From a bacterium (GTDB lineage: Bacteria > Zixibacteria > MSB-5A5 > GN15 > FEB-12), in assembly GCA_043811375.1 (NCBI GenBank), contig JBDRNJ010000006.1, positions 54,296 to 118,295 of the forward strand: 64,000 nucleotides of DNA, given 5' to 3'. Below the pieces are notes generated by a model, which ran no database searches, was not told the origin of the DNA, and saw nothing but the letters and a program-made list of their open reading frames with translations. This document shows positions 56,147 through 64,000 of this stretch, in pieces. The position numbers and the translations under genes were made by a program. The stretch's first letter is position 1; every line of letters starts with the position of its first letter.

Positions 56147-57118
56147 TTACTCGTGCTGTTCCAGCGCTTTGAGAATCATATCACGCGGCGCCATGCCCTT
56201 GCGGTAGACCTCAGAGTAAACCTTCAGATGCCACTTGTCGTTCATCCGGGGGAGATCATACTCCAACTCGTCGGTACCCAAAATCAGCTTATTTAAGAAC
56301 ATGGCCATTGTCTCATAGGCGGCATACAGTTTGCGATGCTCATATCTGCCGCCGGCAGCGAGATCAAAGTAAATGTCAATCAACAGATGGGTGCCGATTT
56401 CGTGCGAAAGAAACTGGCAGGTCTTTTCCAACGGCTTGTCGTAGTAGAACAGGTTGCTGCTGTAACTGATTGAATTGTAGTCCGGGCCGTTTTTGTTGGC
56501 GTAACATAGCAGGATCTCGTATTGGTCGGCTGCAAAGGGGATACCCAGTAGATGCTCCCATTTCGCGACATAGTCCAGTTTCTGAAAGTAATCCTTTAAC
56601 TCGGCCGCGCGACGGGCCAGCGCCGGTTGAACCCGGGGCCAGACCTGCTGATGGTAGCTGTCAAAATTATCCACGCAGACCCGGCTTAGTCGCCGCGACT
56701 TTTCAATCAGGTCAGACTCGGCCGGAGTAAACTTCGCGCTTTTGAGATAGTGGGCAAAAAATCGATCCGACCAGTCAGCTTCCGGGTACGCTTCTACGAA
56801 TGGTGTCAGATTGCCCTGCTGTAGTGCCGTCTGAACGATTTCGAAGTATGACTTTAGATCAGGTTCGTTCTCAAAGCCCAACCACGCCGGCAGGGTAGTG
56901 AAAACCCCCGACAGGTCGCCGCCCTCACCCTCACCGAAGGCCAGCAGAGCTTTATTGTCCTCAAGGCAGGCCAGGTCCTCCGGATTGACGGTGTGCCGAA
57001 AGTTGTCGGCATACTCCGAGTCGTACCCGATTCTGGCGACTGCCATCAGGTGCCAGAGGTAATTGGGTTCGAGCTTGCCGGTGATAATGACCGGTTTGGG
57101 CCATGGTGCCATGTTCAT
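56147..57118 (-). CDS. Hypothetical protein (HE motif, possible metalloprotease-like fold)
   Basis: Long ORF with SD AGGAGG; contains FLSHEIGTH and a downstream YE. Confidence 0.65.
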   Translation of the reverse strand: MNMAPWPKPVIITGKLEPNYLWHLMAVARIGYDSEYADNFRHTVNPEDLACLEDNKALLAFGEGEGGDLSGVFTTLPAWLGFENEPDLKSYFEIVQTALQQGNLTPFVEAYPEADWSDRFFAHYLKSAKFTPAESDLIEKSRRLSRVCVDNFDSYHQQVWPRVQPALARRAAELKDYFQKLDYVAKWEHLLGIPFAADQYEILLCYANKNGPDYNSISYSSNLFYYDKPLEKTCQFLSHEIGTHLLIDIYFDLAAGGRYEHRKLYAAYETMAMFLNKLILGTDELEYDLPRMNDKWHLKVYSEVYRKGMAPRDMILKALEQHE

Positions 57119-57119
57119 G

Positions 57120-57902
57120 CTAACCTTTCCTCCTGGCAACGACGCAAATTCGGTAGTTGTCTTTCTTTGGTCTTTCAAAACTGAAACAACGATAGAACCC
57201 CTTGATCATAAACCCGGCTTCGCATAGCAGACGCCGGATTGTCTTGTTATCATAAGCTCTCTCGACGTGTTCTTCGTCGAAGCGCTCCCACAGTTTACCG
57301 CGTCTGACGAAAAAAGTCGTATGGCAGGTCGCGCTCGATGTTCTTGGAACGAACTTGTTCGTCCAGACCCAGGCGAGATCATCCCGGGTGCCGGCATAGA
57401 CCTGCCCGCCCCAGAGAATCTTCAGCGCTGCCGGTGTGTTCATGTCGAATATGAACCAACCGTCGTCGTTCAGATGATGGTGTACCGACCGAAAGGCCGC
57501 TTTCAACTCCCGCGAGTTGCTGAGGTAGTTCAGCGAATCATAAAAGCAGGTTATCAGGTCAAACCGGCGAATGTGATCGCCACCGGTACTGTCCGGAATC
57601 CTGAAACGTGGCAGCGATTCTTGATACAAGGGGATCTTGCGTCCGGACAGTTTCTTTGCCGCCACCTTCAGCATGGCGGCGCTGCCGTCGAGTCCCGACA
57701 TAGACAATCCCTGGTCGGCCATCAGGCTGATCGCCGTGCCCGTCCCGCAGCAAAGGTCGAGGCCACGAACGGCTTCTATTCTGAATTTGTGCAGAATCTT
57801 GAAAGTGTAGTCGACCATTTCCGCCGAGTGCCGGTCGGCACCCATCAGGTCGTAGACGCGGGCAAACTTGGTGTATGGTAGCTCAGGTTTCATGGCAGAC
57901 AC
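57120..57902 (-). CDS. Class I SAM-dependent methyltransferase
   Basis: YTKFARVYD, LDLCCGTG, DSLNYL, FIFDMNT, EEHVERAY. Confidence 0.92.
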   Translation of the reverse strand: MSAMKPELPYTKFARVYDLMGADRHSAEMVDYTFKILHKFRIEAVRGLDLCCGTGTAISLMADQGLSMSGLDGSAAMLKVAAKKLSGRKIPLYQESLPRFRIPDSTGGDHIRRFDLITCFYDSLNYLSNSRELKAAFRSVHHHLNDDGWFIFDMNTPAALKILWGGQVYAGTRDDLAWVWTNKFVPRTSSATCHTTFFVRRGKLWERFDEEHVERAYDNKTIRRLLCEAGFMIKGFYRCFSFERPKKDNYRICVVARRKG

Positions 57903-57917
57903 TGCTCCTCAAGGGCT

Positions 57918-58038
57918 TGTTGAAAAAGTCCTATTCTCGTCATTGCGAGCGACAGCGTGGCAATCTCGGATATTGAATGTCAACGAGATAGCCACGTCGC
58001 TTCGCTCCTCGCTATGACGGTTGTTATGTTTTTCAACA
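57918..58038. repeat. Nested palindromic (MITE-like) element
   Basis: TGTTGAAAAA/TTTTTCAACA outer inverted repeat enclosing CGTCATTGCGAG..GTGGCAATCTC..GAGATAGCCAC..CTCGCTATGACG. Confidence 0.7.
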
Positions 58039-58214
58039 TTTCCTCAGGGTACAGACAGAAGCCACCGCCGGCTTTTATATTGACAGTTAACACTATAGGG
58101 AGTTTTCATTGGTAACGGTACGATTTTTTTTGAATACCGTCTGCGTCACCGCGTAGTATAGTAGGACGTCTGGTGAAGCCGACCGGCGGTGCCGGACGTT
58201 GGAAAGGAGCGACG

Positions 58215-58640
58215 ATGACGACTATGTTCTGGATCTGGATGGCAGCGGTAGTCGTGTTTCTGATTCTGGAGATAATGACGCCGACATTGATATTTGCCTG
58301 TTTCGTGGTCGGTGCCGGGACAACCGGCATTTATGCCTATTTCTACCCTGAGGCATATCTCTGGCAGATCGGCATATTCGTCGGTGTCTCGATTATTCTC
58401 TTGCCACTGACAAGAACCCTGGCGAAGAAAATCACCAAGCCGTCGCCGCAGAAGTCAAACGTCGATGCCCTGATCGGCAAGGTAGCCCTGGTTACCAAAG
58501 AGATCGACCCTGACCTGGGCGGCCAGGTGCGTATCGAGGGGGAAACCTGGGTAGCCACCGCCGGTGAAAAGATTGACAGGGACCAGAAGGTGAAGGTAAT
58601 CAGTGTTTCCGGCACCAGGGTCCAGGTAGAAAAGATGTAA
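58215..58640 (+). CDS. NfeD family protein
   Basis: N-terminal TMs, LIGKVALV, GQVRIEGETW; SD AAGGAG. Confidence 0.9.
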   Translation: MTTMFWIWMAAVVVFLILEIMTPTLIFACFVVGAGTTGIYAYFYPEAYLWQIGIFVGVSIILLPLTRTLAKKITKPSPQKSNVDALIGKVALVTKEIDPDLGGQVRIEGETWVATAGEKIDRDQKVKVISVSGTRVQVEKM

Positions 58641-58658
58641 GCAGGAAAGGAGCTTGAA

Positions 58659-59621
58659 ATGAACCCGGCGATAATATTTCTGATCGTTTTCGTGATATTC
58701 GGTTTCATCATTGTGTCGATGTCCGTCCGAATTGTGCGTCCCTTTGAGCGGGGCATAGTGGAGCGACTGGGCAAGTATCAACGGATACTCGACCCCGGTC
58801 TCAATATGATTGTCCCCTTCTTTGACACGGTATTGAAAGTTGACATGCGCGAAGTGGTACTGGACGTACCGCCGCAGATGGTGATTACGCGTGATAACGT
58901 CAACGTGGAGGTTGACGCCGTTATCTATGCCCAGGTAACCGATCCGGTGCGTTCCCGCTACGAGGTGGCCAACTACATCGTTGCCGCCACCAAGCTGGCC
59001 CAGACCAACCTGAGGAACGTGTTCGGTGAGCTTGATCTTGATTCCTGCCTGACCTCGCGGGATGAGATCAACAGCCAGTTGCGCGACGTACTCGACACCG
59101 CCACCGACAAATGGGGTGTCAAGGTCAACCGAGTGGAATTGCAGCGCATCGATCCGCCGGTGGATATTACCGAGGCGATGAGCCGCCAGATGAAAGCTGA
59201 GCGTGACAAGCGTGCGACTATTCTGGACGCCGAGGCAATTCGTCAGTCTGAGATCACCAAGTCGGAAGGCAGCAAGCGCTCACAGATACTGGAGGCCGAG
59301 GGATATGCCAAGGCCGTGCGCGAGAAGGCCGATGCCGAGAAGTACCGTCAATTGACTGTGGCCCAGGGTGAGGCGGAGGCGATTTTGTCGGTATTCAAGG
59401 CTATCCACGACGGTAAGCCCGACGAGAAACTGATTACGCTGAAGTACCTGGATATGCTGCCGCGCCTGGCGGACGGACAGGCCAGCAAGATTTTCCTGCC
59501 TTACGAGGCCAGCGGCATTATTTCGGCGCTGTCGGCGATGGTGGAGGGAATCAAATCCAACGACAGTTCAGCCAAGCCTGAGCCGACTGTCGCTGCGGGT
59601 GGTGGCACACCGACAGCCTGA
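58659..59621 (+). CDS. SPFH/stomatin-like protein (QmcA-like)
   Basis: VERLGKY..LDPGL, VITRDNV, QTNLRN, WGVKVNRVE, QMKAERDKRA. Confidence 0.93.
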   Translation: MNPAIIFLIVFVIFGFIIVSMSVRIVRPFERGIVERLGKYQRILDPGLNMIVPFFDTVLKVDMREVVLDVPPQMVITRDNVNVEVDAVIYAQVTDPVRSRYEVANYIVAATKLAQTNLRNVFGELDLDSCLTSRDEINSQLRDVLDTATDKWGVKVNRVELQRIDPPVDITEAMSRQMKAERDKRATILDAEAIRQSEITKSEGSKRSQILEAEGYAKAVREKADAEKYRQLTVAQGEAEAILSVFKAIHDGKPDEKLITLKYLDMLPRLADGQASKIFLPYEASGIISALSAMVEGIKSNDSSAKPEPTVAAGGGTPTA

Positions 59622-59651
59622 AGACCGACAATCTGTCAGTAATTGGAGCAC

Positions 59652-59684
59652 GGGCCGGGTCTCATATCGAGGCCCGGCCTTTTT
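59652..59684 (+). terminator. Intrinsic terminator
   Basis: GGGCCGGGTCTC-ATATC-GAGGCCCGGCCT followed by a T run. Confidence 0.8.
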
Positions 59685-59743
59685 GGCCTGTTGAGAAATC
59701 ATTCCACCAAACTCGGATGGGAATGGGGATTTATCAACAAGCC
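59685..59743. repeat. Short inverted-repeat element (TGTTGA..AA family)
   Basis: GGCCTGTTGAGAAATC...GATTTATCAACAAGCC; ends resemble those at 57918 and 49865. Confidence 0.5.
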
Positions 59744-59869
59744 TTCTTTTGGGGTGGCTGTGAGCTCATTGACGAACATATGCAATGGCTTCGACAGTGA
59801 TTGACTTTTGCAAGGCCGGGCGTTAAACTGAATAAGTGATTGAAATGAGCAAGAGCACCAGTTAAATCC

Positions 59870-61306
59870 ATGGACGAGAGACAAAAAGAAATCAGAAAAC
59901 CGGCCGTGGCCGGGACGTTCTATCCGGCCGATCCCGTCAAGTTGAGCAAAGCTATCGCGGAGATGTTTGCCCGTTGCGACAAGCCGGCTCTCACCGGCAG
60001 GCCGCTGGCGCTGATTGTGCCTCATGCCGGTTATATCTATTCGGGGTTAACGGCCGCCAAAGCCTACAAGCTGTTGCAGGGGGAGCAGTATGACACGGTG
60101 GTGGTGGTCTCGCCCTCGCATACCGTGTTTTTCAAGGGTGCGTCGGTCTACACCGGGGATGGTTATGAAACACCGCTGGGGACAGTGGAGACGGACCGGT
60201 TCCTGGCTGAGCGGATTGCTTCTATCAATCCGTCTGTTTATGCATCCAAGATGGGCCATGCCGTAGGGGCCGCCCGAGGCGAACATGCTCTGGAAGTGCA
60301 GTTGCCTTTTTTACAGGTGGTATTGGGTCGATTCCGACTGGTCGCAATAGTGATGGGCGATCAGGAAGAAGACACCATCCGGTCGCTGGGGGAAACACTG
60401 GCGGCGGCGTTGAGGGATACCAATACCCTGATGGTAGCCTCCACCGATCTGTCGCACTTCCACACTGAGCAGGAAGCGCGCCGTCTGGATGAAGCAGTGT
60501 GTCAGGCAGTGGAGAAATGTGATCCGGACCTGCTGTTGCGCACTCTGGACTCCGGCAAAGGAGAGGCGTGCGGTGGCGGACCGATGGCGGCCGTGATGAT
60601 GGCTGCCGGACGGCTTGGCAAAACCAGCGTACAATCGGTGCAATACACGACCTCCGGCGAAAGCACCGGCGATTTCAACGAAGTGGTGGGATATCTTTCG
60701 GCTGCGATTGTTACCGAAAAAACGTCATCCCGGCCGGACTCAACGGTCGGTTCTCCCCGAGCTCTCCCGGAATCCGATACTATCTCGGCTGAAGACCGAC
60801 AGAAGTTGTTCGATATCGCCCGCGCTGCCATCCATGCCCGGTTGCGGGACAAAGACTACACTCCCCCCGAAATAGCCGGCCTGTCGGCTCTGTCAGGCGC
60901 CTTTGTGACGCTTAAGATCCATGGCCAACTGCGTGGTTGCATAGGTCAGATACGCAGCCATCAACCACTGTATCGTACCATAGCCGAGATGGCGGTAGCG
61001 GCGGCATTCGAGGACCCCCGTTTCCCGACCCTGTCGGCGGATGAGTTCGAGAGGCTGGAGTATGAAATCTCGGTGCTGTCGCCGCTGCGACGAGTGACCA
61101 ATTTTACGACCATTAGCATTGGGCGGGATGGCCTGATGATCAAACTGGATTTCCATTCGGGTTTGCTGCTGCCGCAGGTAGCCACTGAAAACGGCTGGGA
61201 TGTGACGGAGTTCCTGGAGCAGACCTGCCTGAAAGCGGGTCTGCCGAAAAACAGCTACAAAAGCAGGGACGCCGAGGTCTACAAGTTCTCAGCGGAGGTT
61301 TTCTGA
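59870..61306 (+). CDS. AmmeMemoRadiSam protein B (Memo) fused to protein A (AMMECR1)
   Basis: RKPAVAGTFYP, PHAGYIYSG, EHALEVQLPFL, STDLSH; then GAFVTL, LRGCIG, DPRF, GLLLPQVA. Confidence 0.93.
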   Translation: MDERQKEIRKPAVAGTFYPADPVKLSKAIAEMFARCDKPALTGRPLALIVPHAGYIYSGLTAAKAYKLLQGEQYDTVVVVSPSHTVFFKGASVYTGDGYETPLGTVETDRFLAERIASINPSVYASKMGHAVGAARGEHALEVQLPFLQVVLGRFRLVAIVMGDQEEDTIRSLGETLAAALRDTNTLMVASTDLSHFHTEQEARRLDEAVCQAVEKCDPDLLLRTLDSGKGEACGGGPMAAVMMAAGRLGKTSVQSVQYTTSGESTGDFNEVVGYLSAAIVTEKTSSRPDSTVGSPRALPESDTISAEDRQKLFDIARAAIHARLRDKDYTPPEIAGLSALSGAFVTLKIHGQLRGCIGQIRSHQPLYRTIAEMAVAAAFEDPRFPTLSADEFERLEYEISVLSPLRRVTNFTTISIGRDGLMIKLDFHSGLLLPQVATENGWDVTEFLEQTCLKAGLPKNSYKSRDAEVYKFSAEVF

Positions 61307-61350
61307 GTTTGGTCCGATCGGGGTGGGCACCTGGTGTCTGGAAAATTTTC

Positions 61351-61379
61351 TTGCCAGTTGTTTGTACACCACGTAATAT
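61351..61379 (+). promoter_or_regulatory. Promoter of tRNA-Arg
   Basis: TTGCCA (61351-61356), 17 nt spacer, TAATAT (61374-61379). Confidence 0.55.
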
Positions 61380-61408
61380 GTGGTAGTCATAAATTAGGCG
61401 AAGTCTAT

Positions 61409-61482
61409 GCCCCCGTAGCTCATCCGGATAGAGCATCTGCCTTCTAAGCAGAGGGTAGCAGGTTCGAGTCCTGCCGGGGGTA
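61409..61482 (+). tRNA. tRNA-Arg(UCU)
   Basis: GCCCCCGTAGCTCATCCGGATAGAGCATCTGCCTTCTAAGCAGAGGGTAGCAGGTTCGAGTCCTGCCGGGGGTA, anticodon TCT, CCA not encoded. Confidence 0.95.
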
Positions 61483-61528
61483 CTCTCTCGACATTTTGAC
61501 CCCTTCGGCGATCAAGTCGAAGGGTTTT

Positions 61529-62917
61529 CTAATATGTGGGATAAAGGGTTAGGCCGTCAATCGTGCAGTTCGAAAGTAGGCAGTTTAATAGTCGGCGCTT
61601 TTCCGGACCGCATTGTGTAACGTAAAGGGAATGCGCATGTTGGGCAAGTTCGAGAATTTTCGAACCCTGGTCGACGTAATCACGGTCGGCGTGCTCGAGT
61701 CGTGACAATTGGTCTTGCACCTGATTCTGTTCCGTCCTCCACCGTGATGACAAATCACTCCAGAAACCGTCGTCAATGACCCCGTCCAGTCTGTCCTCAT
61801 ACGCTTTGTCCAGCTTGGCCTGAAGGTGGTCAAGCTTGCGTCTCAACTTCTTGGTCTCAGACTCCCGGAACACTTTCTCGTCATCGTAGCTGCCTCTGAG
61901 GGCTTGCACAATCCATTCAGCAACCTCACTATCGATCTCAATTGCTTTGACCAACTGAGCCAGCTTGCTGTCGAGCGATTCTTCCCTGATATATGGCTGA
62001 TTACATTTACCGCGGCCACCAGTGCAGTGGTAGTAGACATACTTGCCCTTCTTGATCTCCGCTGTGATTTGACATCCGCACCGTCGACACCGGAGCAAAC
62101 CGGTAAATGCGAAGTGTCGCTTCTGTAATCCCTGCTTCCCATCTTTGTGTAGCGCCTGCTGCACACTGAAAAACAACTCCTGCGTAATGATTGATTCGTG
62201 GTTGCCGGAGTACTGGATTCCCTTCCATATGAAGTCGCCGTAATAAAACGGGTTTTTCAGGATGGACTCGACCATTCCCTTCGACAGTTTCTTACCCGTC
62301 CTGCTACGCAGGCCCATTTCATAAATGGTATCTCTGAGTTGGGCCAGAGAGTATTCATTAGTCGCGTATAACGTGAACATCTTGTGAATGTAGAGAGCCT
62401 TATCTGGGTCGATGTCAACCAGACGCGTTGTCTGGTTGTTTAGATAACCAAGCGGTGCCTGATGTGGCCAGTTGCCTTGACGGGCTTTCTCGCGCAGCCC
62501 TTTCGCGACCTCTTCAGACAGATTGTCAATGAAGTTCTTTGCCAGTACAACCTTGAGGCCATGAACGAGTTTGGCGTGAGAGTGGCTATTCTTACTGATA
62601 GTCTCGTTTTCTTTTACCAAGTGGATTTCAACATCAAGGTCTTCCAGAAGTAGATAGTCACGGAAGTTCCGATATAGCCGGTCGGTTTTCTCAACCAGGA
62701 TTATCCTGACTTCTCGGTTGGTCTTGAGATACTCTACCATCTTGCCAAACTCAGACCGACCGGCCACTTTCGCAGTCTCCACATCAGTGAACTCTTGGAC
62801 GATGTCTATTTCGTGCTTGGAAGCATATTCACGGAGCAGCTTCTGTTGGGCGGGAATAGAAAAGCCTTCCTTCTCCTGCTCCTTCGATGAGACACGAGCG
62901 TATAGAACGGCCTTCAT
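61529..62917 (-). CDS. Large serine recombinase (integrase)
   Basis: YARVSS catalytic motif, EKTDRLYRN, APLGY, NPFYYG, zinc ribbon CRRCG..YYHC..C, coiled coil. Confidence 0.93.
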   Translation of the reverse strand: MKAVLYARVSSKEQEKEGFSIPAQQKLLREYASKHEIDIVQEFTDVETAKVAGRSEFGKMVEYLKTNREVRIILVEKTDRLYRNFRDYLLLEDLDVEIHLVKENETISKNSHSHAKLVHGLKVVLAKNFIDNLSEEVAKGLREKARQGNWPHQAPLGYLNNQTTRLVDIDPDKALYIHKMFTLYATNEYSLAQLRDTIYEMGLRSRTGKKLSKGMVESILKNPFYYGDFIWKGIQYSGNHESIITQELFFSVQQALHKDGKQGLQKRHFAFTGLLRCRRCGCQITAEIKKGKYVYYHCTGGRGKCNQPYIREESLDSKLAQLVKAIEIDSEVAEWIVQALRGSYDDEKVFRESETKKLRRKLDHLQAKLDKAYEDRLDGVIDDGFWSDLSSRWRTEQNQVQDQLSRLEHADRDYVDQGSKILELAQHAHSLYVTQCGPEKRRLLNCLLSNCTIDGLTLYPTY

Positions 62918-63081
62918 TTTTTGCCCTTCCGTTGTTTCTCCAAATCCTGCAGCACCAGCATCCGGACATACTCCTGCATACTCACCCCCTGCAAGGCACA
63001 GTGGGCCTTCAGTTTCCGCCGCTCATCCTCGGTGAAGCGAACCAGCAACCCGTGGTCGATGTCTCCTTTCTTGTTTCTCAT
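62914..63081 (-). CDS. Ribbon-helix-helix (ParG/CopG-like) DNA-binding protein
   Basis: Manual translation MRNKKGDIDHGLLVRFTEDERRKLKAHCALQGVSMQEYVRMLVLQDLEKQRKGKK; ATGA overlap with the recombinase start. Confidence 0.78.
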   Translation of the reverse strand: MRNKKGDIDHGLLVRFTEDERRKLKAHCALQGVSMQEYVRMLVLQDLEKQRKGKK

Positions 63082-63087
63082 ACTATT

Positions 63088-63116
63088 AATCTATTAATAT
63101 ATCGGTCATTTGTCAA
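63088..63116 (-). promoter_or_regulatory. Sigma70 promoter predicted to give a leaderless RHH-recombinase mRNA
   Basis: TTGACA (63116-63111), 17 nt spacer, TAGATT (63093-63088), 6 nt before the ATG at 63081. Confidence 0.7.
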
Positions 63117-63320
63117 GCCCTTTTCATGTGTATTCAGGCAGTGGCCATACTTTTTTAGGGTTGGAGCGGGACCAGACCCGAAAACCTGGCCCCGCCGCTG
63201 GCTAAATGCATGATTGAAATACCCAGGCGGCAGACTTAAGCTGCCGTCCAACCGATTTTTACGACCCAAAAAGGTCCGTCGCTTTTCCTCTAACTCTTTT
63301 TTCTTCAGTGTTTTATAGAT

Positions 63321-63397
63321 AGGGATAGCTGGTAGTTGGTAAATGGTACATGGTAATTGGTAAAGGGTAAAAGGTAGAAAGTGACAGGTTACAGGTA
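63321..63397. repeat. Degenerate 7-bp tandem array (about 11 units, NNNGGTA)
   Basis: AGGGATA GCTGGTA GTTGGTA AATGGTA CATGGTA ATTGGTA AAGGGTA AAAGGTA GAAAGTG ACAGGTT ACAGGTA. Confidence 0.75.
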
Positions 63398-63447
63398 TGT
63401 TCCCACTCCAGCTTATCTTCAAGACAATCCAACTGTATTGGTACGAC

Positions 63448-63855
63448 CTATCCATGGCCAGGAACACCGGTTGGAGGTTTTAGGATGCTGTCCACGACGG
63501 AATACTGCATGTAACCGGGCTTAAGTCTGCCGTCGGAAAACATCCTCTGCGTATTGCGAACCAGAACTCGATACATCTTTCCTTTGAAGATGGTTAGAGA
63601 GAGCGGCTCGCCCTTCACCGGTCGGCGACCCTTAGCCAGAGTCCACTGCTCAAGATACTTGTGTCGGGGTGTCAACTTACTTTTTGGGTGCCATGTACAG
63701 GCCATGAACAACTCTGTGCCGTCGTACTTTCCACCATAGATTCTGAACCGGATGTAAGCGTCGGTTCTCCCACCCCAACTTTTCCCTGTCTCGGCTTTGT
63801 AGCAGATAGCCTCGTATTCGCCCGGTGGTATCGAGGACTCCTGGTTTCCAGCCAC
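63448..63855 (-). CDS. Hypothetical phage-type protein (DUF669/SSB-like), possibly 5'-truncated by the IS
   Basis: IPPGEYEAIC...IRFRIYGGKYDG pattern; GTG start 6 nt from the IS end. Confidence 0.5.
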   Translation of the reverse strand: MAGNQESSIPPGEYEAICYKAETGKSWGGRTDAYIRFRIYGGKYDGTELFMACTWHPKSKLTPRHKYLEQWTLAKGRRPVKGEPLSLTIFKGKMYRVLVRNTQRMFSDGRLKPGYMQYSVVDSILKPPTGVPGHG

Positions 63856-63861
63856 GGGAGC

Positions 63862-64000
63862 TGTATCGGTTCAGCAGAAGTCGGACACGGATGGGCTTTT
63901 TGTTAAGACGTAGTTTTAATAACTTAGTCTTAGAGAAAGGAGCAAGCCATGCGTGTCAAACAGGGCCAGAGTCCGGAATCGGTAGTGAAGGAGATTCGTC
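63862..64000 (+). mobile_element. IS3-family insertion sequence left end with start of transposase OrfA (ATG 63949)
   Basis: TG-initiated IRL-like TGTATCGGTTCAGCAGAAGTCGGACAC; SD AAGGAG; MRVKQGQSPESVVKEIR resembles IS3 OrfA N-termini. Confidence 0.65.

Larger units (their letters stand above)
61483..64000. mobile_element. Left end of an integrated element (genomic island/prophage-like) at tRNA-Arg
   Basis: Recombinase pointing into the tRNA 3' end, RHH gene, phage-like hypothetical gene, IS end, visibly lower GC. Confidence 0.75.

Noticed and set aside
61409..61482. tRNAs lacking encoded CCA
   Set aside because: Common in many bacteria; CCA is added enzymatically
63078..63467. 129-aa ORF across the heptamer array
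   Set aside because: Low-complexity translation of the repeat, and it overlaps the RHH promoter; not supported as a protein

Overview
Bacterial chromosome segment, mostly housekeeping genes. The gene content (dockerin-tailed secreted protein, FlgD-Ig beta-propeller with two PorV/PorQ-type barrels, PorX-like regulator beside tsaE, short RpoD) suggests an FCB-related lineage such as candidate Zixibacteria; this is an inference. The core includes priA, serS, tsaE/tsaB/rimI, accD, folC, rpmB, xerD, yajC/def/fmt/rng, folB/folK/panB, a Do protease, a sigma-70 factor and tRNA-Glu/tRNA-Arg. The right end is an integrated element beside tRNA-Arg(UCU), with a large serine recombinase, a leaderless RHH gene, a heptamer array and an IS3 left end. 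Four signals stand out, none evident from the ORF track alone. (1) An osmC-DUF302 operon carries two candidate recoded selenoproteins: a DUF6132-like membrane peptide with an in-frame UGA at a Cys-equivalent position, and an FmdB zinc ribbon that may end in Sec-Gly, each with a SECIS-like hairpin. (2) An Ile/Leu/Val-rich leader-peptide attenuator precedes a catalytic-domain-only AsnRS paralog. (3) A PLP aminotransferase homolog lacks its catalytic lysine. (4) The recombinase's expected C-terminus lies in the +1 frame and runs antisense into the tRNA. All family assignments come from motif recognition; no searches were run.
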